This document shows, in pieces, positions 8,233 through 16,741 of a stretch of DNA of 64,000 nt. The DNA is from Acidimicrobiales bacterium (GTDB lineage Bacteria > Actinomycetota > Acidimicrobiia > Acidimicrobiales > JAJPHD01), in assembly GCA_039583695.1 (NCBI GenBank), contig JAVKSL010000005.1:12648-76647 (forward strand), read 5' to 3'. Numbering within the stretch: position 1 is the stretch's first letter; every line of letters starts with the position of its first letter. The notes beneath the pieces were generated by a model. The model saw only the letters and a program-made list of their open reading frames with translations. It had not been told where the DNA came from and ran no database searches. Made by a program: the position numbers and the translations under genes.

Positions 8233-9562
8233 GCCCGCAGAGCTACCAGCGCTGTCCCTCATCGGGACCCTCGCCCGAACCGTTTGGGGCTGGAGGGTGG
8301 AGCTGGTATTTGCCGGCGCCACCCTCCTGGCCCGGTCAGCCCTCGAAAGCTACCTCGGCCCTCCACTGGCGTGGCTGGTTGTCGGGGCGCTGTGGGTGGC
8401 GGCCGTGGCCGTTTCCCCCACCCGGCGTCTCATTATCTGCATCCTTCACCGGGCCGGCGTGCGCCGGCAGTGGTCCAATGCCGTTCGGCGCGCCCATGTT
8501 GGGATGTTCGCGGATCGGTTGCCGCGGGTCATCAGCATCCGCGAGGTTCCCGCAGGTGACTCCTTGGTCGTCTCGATGCCGCCGGGCGCTGGCGTCTACG
8601 ACTTGGCCACGGCCACCGAACCGATAGCGGCATTGCTGGCCGTGAGAGATGTCAGAGTGACCAGGGATCCGGCGAACGCCAGGCTTGCCTCGGTCGTGAT
8701 CGTGAGGCGCGACCCGCTGTCGGGTACGGTGGCGCTGCCGTGGCCCCACGCTGACGCCGATCGGCTCAGCCTGTGGGGGCCCATCCCGGTCGGCGTGGGC
8801 GAGGACGGCCTGGTGCGCTACGTCTCGCTGCCGGAGCGCAACGTTCTGCTCGGCGGGGAGCCAGGCGCGGGTAAGTCGGCGGCACTCTCCCTCCTTGTCG
8901 CCACGGCCGCACTCGACCCGGAGGTGAAGCTCTGGCTGTTCGACGGCAAGCTCGTGGAGCTGGCAACGTGGGCCGGCTGCGCGGAACACTCGGTCGGAGT
9001 GAGCGTGGTCGAGGCCATCGATGTCCTGCGCCAGCTTCAGCGGGAGATGGAGCACCGATACTTCTCGCTCCTGGCCAGCCGCCGGCGCAAAGTCACACCC
9101 GGTGACGGTAACGATCTGCACGTCGTGGTCTGCGATGAGCTCGCCCACTATCTGAGCGCCCCGGACCGCAAGGAGCGGGCCGAGTTCACCGAGCTGATGC
9201 GGGACCTGGTCTCAAGGGGCAGGGCCGCCGGCGTCATCGTGGTGGCCGCCACTCAGAAGCCCTCGGGAGACATCATCCCCACGTCGCTCAGGGACCTCTT
9301 TGGATTCAGGTGGGCGATGCGATGCTCGACGCCCCAGGCCTCGGACACGATCCTTGGCCAAGGTTGGGCAACGGCGGGCTATTCAGCCGCGGAGATCGAC
9401 GCCAGCTGTCGAGGCGTCGGCTACCTCCTCCATGAGGGGGGCCGGCCGGTCCGGCTCCGGGCGCACTACCTGGACGACGACACGCTGGTAGCACTAGCCC
9501 AGAGAGCAGAGGCGGTGCGTCGGGGATGGTCGGCGGGCGGTCCGGAAAAGGGAAGATCATGA
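8225..9562 (+). CDS. tra: FtsK/SpoIIIE-family dsDNA translocase (TraSA/TraB-like conjugal transfer protein)
   Basis: 445 aa. N-terminal TM segments, Walker A GGEPGAGKSAALS, Walker B HVVVCDELAHY. Confidence 0.85.
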   Translation: MGEPAELPALSLIGTLARTVWGWRVELVFAGATLLARSALESYLGPPLAWLVVGALWVAAVAVSPTRRLIICILHRAGVRRQWSNAVRRAHVGMFADRLPRVISIREVPAGDSLVVSMPPGAGVYDLATATEPIAALLAVRDVRVTRDPANARLASVVIVRRDPLSGTVALPWPHADADRLSLWGPIPVGVGEDGLVRYVSLPERNVLLGGEPGAGKSAALSLLVATAALDPEVKLWLFDGKLVELATWAGCAEHSVGVSVVEAIDVLRQLQREMEHRYFSLLASRRRKVTPGDGNDLHVVVCDELAHYLSAPDRKERAEFTELMRDLVSRGRAAGVIVVAATQKPSGDIIPTSLRDLFGFRWAMRCSTPQASDTILGQGWATAGYSAAEIDASCRGVGYLLHEGGRPVRLRAHYLDDDTLVALAQRAEAVRRGWSAGGPEKGRS

Positions 9563-11082
9563 GCGGACCAGCGAGCAAGGGGGACGTCCTGGCCCAGATG
9601 ATCGCTCGGGCCGCGAACCCGCAGGACTACAACGCGTGGTTGGCCCAGGTGCGTCAGGCTCGCTACTGTGCCCACCCGGTTCGTCTGTCCGGCCAGACCC
9701 GGACCGCTGACCCGGCGACTGGCGAGCTTTCGACGATCTTCTCCAGTTCCGACAAACCCGACGGCGTACTGCTCAAGGCTTGTGGCCAGCGCCGCTCGAC
9801 AGTGTGCCCGTCCTGCGCCGCCATTTACCGTTCCGACGCTTGGCAGCTCATAGCCGCCGGGCTGCAGGGCGGAAAGGGCGTAGCCACCAGGGTGGCCACC
9901 CACCCGATGGTGTTCGTCACCCTCACCGCTCCGAGCTTCGGCCCGGTGCACGCCTGCCGGGTCGAGGACGGGCGCAGCCTGGCATGCCGGCCCCGCCGCC
10001 AGCCGGAAACCTGCGACCATGGCGTGCCGCAAGCGTGTTGGGACCAGCACGACGGCGACGACGAAGCGGTCGGTCAACCCCTGTGCGCAGCCTGCTTCGA
10101 CTACCAAGGCGCGGTGCTGTGGAACGCGCTGGCCTCGGAACTGTGGAGACGTACGACCATATACCTGCGTCGGGCCCTGGCCCAAGAGGCGGGGACGAGT
10201 GTGATCAACTTCGACCGGCACCTACGTCTCTCCTACGCCCGGGTGGTCGAGTACCAGCGCCGGGGGCTGGTCCACGTCCATGCGGTGGTTCGCCTCGACC
10301 CGAAGGGGTCGCCCGACCTGCCGGGCCTTGACGCCCAGCCAGCGTTCAGCACGGACGCACTGGCCGCTGCCACCCTCCGCGCAGCAGCATCCGTGACAGT
10401 CCCATATCCCCTAGGTCACCGACCGTCGGTCGAACACGCCCGGTGGGGCGAACAGATCGACGTTCGCCCCATCACCATCGACGGAGATAATGCCATGTCC
10501 GCGGGAGTGGTGGCCGCCTATATCGCCAAGTACTCCACCAAGTCGACGGACTCGCTCGGCCACCTCGACCATCGGCTCCGAGCGGGGGAACTATCGAGCC
10601 TGGCCGTGAACCCTCACCTCCGTCGCCTGGTGGAGATGGCGTGGGCCCTGGGAGGCCGGGAAGAGCTGGCCCACCTGCGCCTGCGGTCTTGGGCGCACAC
10701 GCTCGGCTTCCGTGGCCACTGGCTGACGAAGAGCCGGTCCTACTCGACCACCCTTGGCGCCCTGCGGGTGGCCCGTGAGGAGTGGGCCGCCCAACGCCGG
10801 CGCCCCCGAACGCCGAGCGATCCCGGGGTGGGCCGACCCGTACCGGGTCAGGGGATGCCGGCCAAGGACGGGGAGGTGGAGTCCGTACTGGTCAAGGACT
10901 GGCGCTACGTAGCGAGGGGCTACTCCACCTGGGGCGACGCCCTGCTGGCCGAGACCGCTCGAATCGAGTCCGAGGCGGCTCGCAAGATTGCCCGGCAGGA
11001 GGCAGCTGTTCTCCGCGCTGATCTGGGTGGCTCCCGGCAGCCCGAGGCAGGAGTGCCATCGGCGGGAGAGGAGCCCAGATGA
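9559..11082 (+). CDS. rep: RepSA-like replication initiator protein of integrative elements
   Basis: MSGPASKGDVLAQMIARAANPQDYNAWLAQVRQARYCAHPVRLSG... is typical of actinobacterial plasmid/AICE replication initiators. The ATG at 9559 overlaps the tra stop (ATGA). Confidence 0.8.
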   Translation: MSGPASKGDVLAQMIARAANPQDYNAWLAQVRQARYCAHPVRLSGQTRTADPATGELSTIFSSSDKPDGVLLKACGQRRSTVCPSCAAIYRSDAWQLIAAGLQGGKGVATRVATHPMVFVTLTAPSFGPVHACRVEDGRSLACRPRRQPETCDHGVPQACWDQHDGDDEAVGQPLCAACFDYQGAVLWNALASELWRRTTIYLRRALAQEAGTSVINFDRHLRLSYARVVEYQRRGLVHVHAVVRLDPKGSPDLPGLDAQPAFSTDALAAATLRAAASVTVPYPLGHRPSVEHARWGEQIDVRPITIDGDNAMSAGVVAAYIAKYSTKSTDSLGHLDHRLRAGELSSLAVNPHLRRLVEMAWALGGREELAHLRLRSWAHTLGFRGHWLTKSRSYSTTLGALRVAREEWAAQRRRPRTPSDPGVGRPVPGQGMPAKDGEVESVLVKDWRYVARGYSTWGDALLAETARIESEAARKIARQEAAVLRADLGGSRQPEAGVPSAGEEPR

Positions 11083-11339
11083 CCCACGCGCACCAGCGTC
11101 TTGGGAGCAAGCCCCTGCTCAGCGTCGAAGAGACAGCCATCCTGCTCGGGCAGAGCCGGTCATCGATCTACCGGGCCATCGACAGGGGCGACCTTCCGCT
11201 GCCGGTGGTGAAGATCAGCGGCAGGTGGCGCGTCCCTCGGCGGGCGGTGGAGCGGCTGTTGGAGGGTGAGGCGGTCGCTCCTAGACTCAACCCAGCACCT
11301 TGCCCATGTGGTCGGCTGCCCGGCGGTCCTCCTCGCTGA
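11079..11339 (+). CDS. xis: Excisionase-family HTH DNA-binding protein
   Basis: LLSVEETAILLGQSRSSIYRAIDRGDLPLPVVKISGRWRVPRRAVERLL (HTH_17 / MerR-like excisionase signature). Confidence 0.75.
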   Translation: MTHAHQRLGSKPLLSVEETAILLGQSRSSIYRAIDRGDLPLPVVKISGRWRVPRRAVERLLEGEAVAPRLNPAPCPCGRLPGGPPR

Positions 11340-12531
11340 CCGAGTCGGTGTAATGGCGGGCCATGTGGACGGTGGCCCATCCGAGTCGGGACTGCTTCTG
11401 TGCTTCCGAGATCACCGGGTCCAGCTCGGTGGACTGGAAATGCCTCAAAGAGTGCAGGTGGACGTCGCCCGCCACGCCGGCCCGGACTCGCATCGCAGCG
11501 AAGGCATGGCTCATCGAGTCGGGGTGGGCCGGCGAAGACTGGTCGGGTGTGGCCGAGAAGACGAAGCCGTCGGCACTGATTGCCACCTCGCAGGCGCTCG
11601 CCTGTGCCTCCCGCTCCGCGCGCAACTCGCGGAGCTGGTTCAAGGTGCCGGCGTCCACGGCCACCGCCCGAATGCTCGAGCGGTTCTTCGGGCCCTTTAC
11701 GGACGCCCCTCCCTTGGTGGCCACGATGCTCTCATCGACCTGAACGCACCCCTTCTCCCAATCGACATTTGCCTAGCGAAGCGCGCAGACCTCGCCGCGG
11801 CGCATCCCGGTGGCGGCCACCATCCGGACGAAGGCACCCAACCGACGATCCTCGCGGCTCGCCTCTGCAAGCAGGGCATGTACCTCGTCGGCCGACGGCG
11901 CACGTATGGCCGGGCCAAGCTCGGACAGCTTCCAGTCCGGAAGCTCGGTGTCAGCCACGGGGTTGGGGAGGGCATTGCCGCTCCACTTCCGGGCAAGACG
12001 GCAGGACCGATGCAGCACGGCCCTGGTCTGGCGAACGCTGGCCTCGGACAGCCCCGCAGCTTTCAGCTCTCGGAAGTAACGCTCGATGTCGTACGGACCC
12101 AAGGTGGCGATCCGGCGCCGGCCGATCGAGTCGTGGATATGGACCTTCCATATGCTCTCGTAGCGCCGGATCGTGCTGGGCGAGAGGTCGTCCCAACCAT
12201 TGTCCCGCCACCCCTCGATGGCGTCATTGACGGTCGTGGTCGGACCCCAGGCTCGGGACTCCTCAGCCGGGACCACAGCCGGGGCTCGGTCCTGTTCGGC
12301 CACGAGCCGGGCCAGCTCCCGCTCCGCAGCCCGTCGAGTTCCATGGAACGAGGTGCTCCGATGTCGGACCTTGCCGTTGACGTCCCGTCCGACGTAAACG
12401 CGCAGCTCCCAGGCGTCGGTTCCGCGGTCGGCCGGCGCCGGATACTCCCTGCCATGGCACTCTCCTCGTCGTGTCCCAACACGGTTGTTGGGACATCTGT
12501 TGGGACAGAGTGTAGCCAAGAGGTGTGACAC
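11287..12531 (-). pseudogene. int: Tyrosine recombinase (integrase) inactivated by an in-frame TAG at the conserved Trp codon, plus a probable N-terminal frameshift
   Basis: Track ORFs 11773-12531 and 11287-11724 are in the same frame. Read-through gives ...TGMRRGEVCALR*ANVDWEKGCVQVDESI...HSLRHFQSTEL...MARHYT. A canonical MAGSIRRR start (ATG 12455) sits in a different frame from DRGTDAWELRVYVGRD. Confidence 0.85.
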
Positions 12532-12565
12532 AGGGGTGTATCACCTCTCACCTGCACTTATCTAG

Positions 12566-12638
12566 TGGGCCGCCGGGGTCTCGAACCCCGCACCTTGGGA
12601 TTAAAAGTCCCCTGCTCTACCCGATGAGCTAGCGGCCC
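12566..12638 (-). tRNA. tRNA-Lys (anticodon UUU), CCA not encoded
   Basis: Manual cloverleaf. Acceptor GGGCCGC/GCGGCCC, D-arm GCTC/GAGC, anticodon loop CTTTTAA, T-arm CGGGG-TTCGAGA-CCCCG, discriminator A. 73 nt. Confidence 0.9.
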
Positions 12639-12700
12639 GGCTCACCTAGCCTACGGGTCCGCGGCCAACGGGCACCAAGAGGACGCTACCCTCGAAAGCT

Positions 12701-12916
12701 GTGTCCTACCACGAGCTGGAAGCCGAGCTCGCCGGAGTGGAGCGGGCCCTGGAGCGACTGGACGACGGCACGTACGGGCAGTGCGAAGCCTGCGGCGAGC
12801 TGATCGACGAGGCGGTGCTGGAATCAACGCCGACTGTCGCTCGTTGCGCCGAGCATCAGGGACACCCCGAGGCCCCGCCGCTGGCGCCCGCACAACAAAG
12901 GACGGCTGGCCTGTGA
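12701..12916 (+). CDS. TraR/DksA-family C4 zinc-finger protein
   Basis: 71 aa. GQCEACGELIDEAVLESTPTVARCAEH (CxxC...C..H/C pattern). Confidence 0.7.
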   Translation: MSYHELEAELAGVERALERLDDGTYGQCEACGELIDEAVLESTPTVARCAEHQGHPEAPPLAPAQQRTAGL

Positions 12917-13824
12917 TGCCCCTGAAAGTCAACGTTGCCATGCGGGCCGTCAGGGGCTGGAGCAAGCGACACTTGGCGGCTCCCAGCTATGAGCGGGGCG
13001 AGCGCATGTCGATTCTGTCAGACGATGGTACCCGCCTGTCGGTGACCCGCCTCGAAGGGCCGGCATCGGCGCCCCTCACCATCGTGCTGATTCACGGCTT
13101 TCTCAACTGGTCACGCTCCCCGGCTGTGCATCGCTTTGCGGAGCGCCTTGCGAGGGAGGTGCACGTGGTCGTTCCGGACCTTCGTGGTCACGGGCGCTCT
13201 GGCGGGCGCTGCACCATGGGCCGAAGCGAGCCGCGCGATGTCGAAGCTGCGGTCAGCGCCGCGAGACCTGGCCTGCCGGTGGTGACCGTGGGGACAAGCC
13301 TCGGCGGCGCAGCCGTGATGCTTCATGCCGGTACCTATGGCGGAGTTGCGGGAGCAGTGTCGATCAGTGGTCCGGCCTGGTGGGGAACACCTGAAAGACC
13401 CGGAGCCAAGCGCTTGGCGGCTTGGGTGGAAACCCCGTTGGGTCGGGGGGTGCTGGCCGGTCTGCTTGGAACCAGGGTCGACACGTGCATAGCTGGAGCC
13501 CAGGGGTCTCGGGAGGTTGTCTCAGCGATAGCGCCGGCCTTCACCCTCGTGGTCCATGACCCAGATGACAGCTACTTTGGTCCGGAGCATCCGCTGCAGG
13601 TGATGGACTGGGCGCTGGCTCCCAAGGAGGCTTGGTGGATCTCCGGAGCGGGTCATGGCAACGACCTGCTCACTGAGTCCCTTGCTGACCGGCTGCTCGC
13701 CGCCGTTCGGGCAAAGGTTACTGCGGCTCCTGACGCCCGCGCGCCGGGCATGAAGGGGGGCATCGATTACGTGGCGGCTGGCACCGGGGCCTTTGGCACT
13801 GAGCTACAAGAGCGCACACCCTAG
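12916..13824 (+). CDS. Alpha/beta-fold hydrolase
   Basis: TIVLIHGF, PDLRGHGRSGG, GTSLGGAA nucleophile elbow. The ATG at 12916 overlaps the upstream stop (GTGATG). The track start at 12781 overlaps the previous gene. Confidence 0.75.
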   Translation: MPLKVNVAMRAVRGWSKRHLAAPSYERGERMSILSDDGTRLSVTRLEGPASAPLTIVLIHGFLNWSRSPAVHRFAERLAREVHVVVPDLRGHGRSGGRCTMGRSEPRDVEAAVSAARPGLPVVTVGTSLGGAAVMLHAGTYGGVAGAVSISGPAWWGTPERPGAKRLAAWVETPLGRGVLAGLLGTRVDTCIAGAQGSREVVSAIAPAFTLVVHDPDDSYFGPEHPLQVMDWALAPKEAWWISGAGHGNDLLTESLADRLLAAVRAKVTAAPDARAPGMKGGIDYVAAGTGAFGTELQERTP

Positions 13825-13854
13825 CGACATGAAAGGCTCGGGGCCCTCAGAGGA

Positions 13855-14334
13855 CTAATCCAGGTCGGCTTCCGCGCCAACGGCCAAGAGGTAACCACGC
13901 GCCCGCTCGGCCTTGGGGTAACGGCCCACCAGCGCCCAGAACGAATCGTCGTGCGCGGGCACGCACAGGTGAGCCAGCTCGTGAACTATCACATAATCGA
14001 GCACCCAGGTCGGCATGGTCGCAAGGCGAGAGGAGATCCGGATCGAGCCGTCGCGCGGGGTGCACGAGCCCCAGCGAAGCTCCTGGTTGTCCACCCAGCG
14101 AATGGAGCTGGGCCTGGGCAGGCCGTGACGGGTAGCCAGGGCTGAGGCTCGAGGAGCGAGGGGAACCTCGGCAGCGCTGGCCCGACGCTCCATCCGCTCC
14201 GACATCCTGGCTACCCAGTGGGTCTCCTCGGCCTTGCTCATCGTTGCCGGAATGCTCACCTGCAGGACGCCCCCGACCTTACGCGCTGAGACCGTGCGCT
14301 CGCGTCGGGCACTGCGGACGACCTCGACTCTCAT
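13855..14334 (-). CDS. DUF45/YgjP-type (M48-like) zinc metallopeptidase
   Basis: 159 aa. WGSCTPRDGSIRISSRL...VIVHELAHL (HExxH). Confidence 0.75.
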   Translation of the reverse strand: MRVEVVRSARRERTVSARKVGGVLQVSIPATMSKAEETHWVARMSERMERRASAAEVPLAPRASALATRHGLPRPSSIRWVDNQELRWGSCTPRDGSIRISSRLATMPTWVLDYVIVHELAHLCVPAHDDSFWALVGRYPKAERARGYLLAVGAEADLD

Positions 14335-14356
14335 GAGCCCAAGCTATCGTTTGGGT

Positions 14357-14599
14357 GTGACAGTCCTCCGGCTTTTCGCCTCGGCCCGCGAAGCAGCGGG
14401 CACCGCCAGCGCAGACATCGATGGCACCACAGTCGGCGCCGTGCTCGCTCAAGCCGTGGCCCGCTACGGCGAGGGCTTTGCCAGGGTCCTCGCCGGTAGC
14501 AGGGTGTGGGTGAATGGCGAGCCCGCCGACGAGGCCAGGGCGCTGGCCGAGGGCGACGAGGTCGCTGTCCTTCCCCCCGTGTCGGGAGGCTGCTCCTGA
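14357..14599 (+). CDS. MoaD/ThiS-family sulfur-carrier protein with a GG-CS C-terminus
   Basis: VTVLRLFASAREAAG...GDEVAVLPPVSGGCS. GTG at 14357 gives a typical 80-aa length. The alternative ATG at 14333 would overlap the divergent DUF45 start codon. Confidence 0.7.
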   Translation: MTVLRLFASAREAAGTASADIDGTTVGAVLAQAVARYGEGFARVLAGSRVWVNGEPADEARALAEGDEVAVLPPVSGGCS

Positions 14600-14603
14600 G
14601 CGA

Positions 14604-15023
14604 TCAGGCCCTCTTGGTCTCCCAGAAGATCTTGTCGATCACGGCGATCTGGTCAAGGAGCTCCTGACCGACGGCGGGATCGGTTGAAGCCTTGGCAGCG
14701 CCGGCGGCCTTGGTCGCCTTCCAGAACAAGTCGTGCAGCTCGGGGTGCTTCTCGAGGTGCGGCGGCTTGAAGTAGTCGGTCCACAGCACCCACAGGTGGT
14801 GCTTGACCAATTCGGCCCGCTGCTCTTTGATCTGTACGGCACGGGTCTTGAAGATGTCGTCGGTGGAGGCATTGAACTTCTCCATCATGGCTTTCACTGA
14901 CTCGGCCTCGATCCGTGCCTGAGCTGGGTCGTATACCCCGCACGGCAGGTCACAGTGGGCGTGGACAGCGACGGGAGGGCTCAGGCGGTCAGCCAGGGAA
15001 AGTAGGCGGGTCACCGTTCGCAT
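14604..15023 (-). CDS. sodN: Nickel superoxide dismutase precursor
   Basis: Pro-peptide followed by the Ni-hook HCDLPCGVYDPAQARIEAESV. AAGGAG RBS. Confidence 0.93.
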   Translation of the reverse strand: MRTVTRLLSLADRLSPPVAVHAHCDLPCGVYDPAQARIEAESVKAMMEKFNASTDDIFKTRAVQIKEQRAELVKHHLWVLWTDYFKPPHLEKHPELHDLFWKATKAAGAAKASTDPAVGQELLDQIAVIDKIFWETKRA

Positions 15024-15067
15024 GCTCGTGCTCCTTTTGGTAGGTCGCTTGACGCAGCAACCCTAAT

Positions 15068-15469
15068 GTGGCGGGGGTGGGTTGCGTGTTGCGCACGGCT
15101 GGGGCCCTGGCAGTCCTCGCCTGGCTGGTGGCAGGGCCAAGGCGGGTGGAGGTGTGGGGTGACAGCATGGTACCGACCCTCCACGCAGGCGACAGGGCGG
15201 TGGCGTTGCGACCCTGGAAGGTCCGGCCCGGCGACCTTGTGGTGCTGGACGATCCCCGCCAGCCCTCTCGCACCCTGGTGAAACGCGCCCAATGGCTTGG
15301 CTGGCAGTCAGCCTTGCGCCAGGTTGTGTGGGTCGAGGGTGACAACGCTATAGCGAGCACCGACAGTCGAGATTTTGGGCTCGTCCCCCGCCGCCAGCTG
15401 CGAGGTGTGCTGGTGTGGATCTATGATCCACCGAAGCGTTCCGGGCGAGCAGCGCTGCGCCCCCGATAG
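15068..15469 (+). CDS. sodX: S26-family peptidase, NiSOD maturation protease
   Basis: GDSMVPTLHAGD and GDNAIASTDSRDFG motifs. Divergent from sodN. Confidence 0.85.
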   Translation: MAGVGCVLRTAGALAVLAWLVAGPRRVEVWGDSMVPTLHAGDRAVALRPWKVRPGDLVVLDDPRQPSRTLVKRAQWLGWQSALRQVVWVEGDNAIASTDSRDFGLVPRRQLRGVLVWIYDPPKRSGRAALRPR

Positions 15470-15481
15470 GGTGGGCGGGCA

Positions 15482-16741
15482 ATGCGACGCCTGGCCGTCC
15501 TGTCCTTCCATACCTCGCCACTGGGTCAACCGGGCACCGGTGACGCGGGTGGCATGAATGTCTACGTGCTGCAGCTCTCGACCGCCCTGGCGAGGGCCGG
15601 GGTGGCTTGTGACGTATACACAAGGGCGGCCGACGCCGCAGTGCCCGCAATCGTCAACGTGGAGCCAGGACTGAGAGTCCACCACATTCCGGCCGGGCCG
15701 CTCGCCCCGGTGCCCAAGGAGCGCCTTATCTCCCACGTCGATGAGTTCACCGAGGGGGTGCTTGCCCGAGTCGAGTGCTGCGCAACCCAGGACGACGACG
15801 CTTGCCCAGATGCCATTCACGCCAACTACTGGCTGTCGGGTCTGGCGGGCCACCGCATCAAGCATGAGTTGGGGCTACCCTTGGTGTCCACGTTCCACAC
15901 GCTTGATCGGGTAAAGGCCGAGGCCAGCCCGGAGGAGGTGGTGGCGGCCGAGCCTGCCCGGCGGGCCGAGGCCGAGGCAGCCATCATTGCCTGCTCGGAC
16001 GCCGTGCTCGCCTCTTGCTCGGTGGAGGCCGAGCAGATCAAGTCTCTCTATGGCGCCGACCCGGCTCGAATCGAGATCGTGCATCTGGGTGTGGATCACG
16101 CTCTGTTCTCTCCGGGAGACCGGGCTCAGGCACGTCGAGCCCTTGGCTTGCCGACCAAAGGTCCCCTGCTGGCTTTCGTCGGACGGATCCAGCCTCTCAA
16201 GGGGGCGGACGTGGCGATCCGGGCTCTGGGAATGCTTCACAGGCGAGGATTGCCGACCTCCAGCCTGGTCATCATCGGCGGCCCTAGCGGTCCGCTCGGG
16301 GTCCAGGAGCTGCATCGGCTTCATCACACCGTGGACACCCTGGGCCTGGACGCCTGGGTTCGTTTCGTGGCGCCCCAACCCCACGAGCTGTTGTCGAGCT
16401 TCTACCGGGCCGCTGACCTATGTCTCGTGCCCAGCAGGTCGGAGTCCTTTGGGCTGGTGGCCCTCGAGGCAGCAGCGTGCGGGACACCGGTGATAGCAGC
16501 CGCGGTAGGTGGGCTGACGAGCCTGGTCGAAGATTCCATCACCGGCTACCTGATCGAAGAGCGCGACCCTGTGGCGTATGCGGACAAGGCCGGGAAGATC
16601 CTGGGTGACCCCGACCTGGCAAGTGCCCTCGCGGTCGCCGCCGCGGCGAGCTCGCGCTCGTACACCTGGTCAGTTGCTGCTGCCCGGCTTCGTGCGATCT
16701 ACGAGCGTCTCACGGCTCGCGATCTGGTGGAATGCGGCTAA
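15482..16741 (+). CDS. mshA: D-inositol-3-phosphate glycosyltransferase (mycothiol biosynthesis)
   Basis: MRRLAVLSFHTSPLGQPGTGDAGGMNVYV..., GT4 fold, 419 aa. Confidence 0.88.
   Translation: MRRLAVLSFHTSPLGQPGTGDAGGMNVYVLQLSTALARAGVACDVYTRAADAAVPAIVNVEPGLRVHHIPAGPLAPVPKERLISHVDEFTEGVLARVECCATQDDDACPDAIHANYWLSGLAGHRIKHELGLPLVSTFHTLDRVKAEASPEEVVAAEPARRAEAEAAIIACSDAVLASCSVEAEQIKSLYGADPARIEIVHLGVDHALFSPGDRAQARRALGLPTKGPLLAFVGRIQPLKGADVAIRALGMLHRRGLPTSSLVIIGGPSGPLGVQELHRLHHTVDTLGLDAWVRFVAPQPHELLSSFYRAADLCLVPSRSESFGLVALEAAACGTPVIAAAVGGLTSLVEDSITGYLIEERDPVAYADKAGKILGDPDLASALAVAAAASSRSYTWSVAAARLRAIYERLTARDLVECG

Larger units (their letters stand above)
6337..12565. mobile_element. pSAM2-type actinomycete integrative and conjugative element (AICE), degenerate; right end at the tRNA-Lys 3' end, left end unresolved
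   Basis: Module set int-xis-rep-tra-(sORFs)-XRE-Nudix adjacent to the 3' end of a tRNA gene. No second copy of the tRNA 3' segment was found by eye. Confidence 0.7.

Noticed and set aside
12063-12557. 164-aa minus-strand ORF overlapping the integrase 5' region and reaching to within 9 nt of the tRNA
   Set aside because: Only its MAGSIRRR segment is meaningful, as the likely ancestral integrase start. The remainder is out of frame with the recombinase and has junk composition.
15024-15067. Nur-box-like or promoter elements between sodN and sodX
   Set aside because: I could propose hexamers (TTAGGG...TACCAA) but found no convincing palindrome of the TTGCAA-N5-TTGCAA type. The evidence is too weak to report as a feature.
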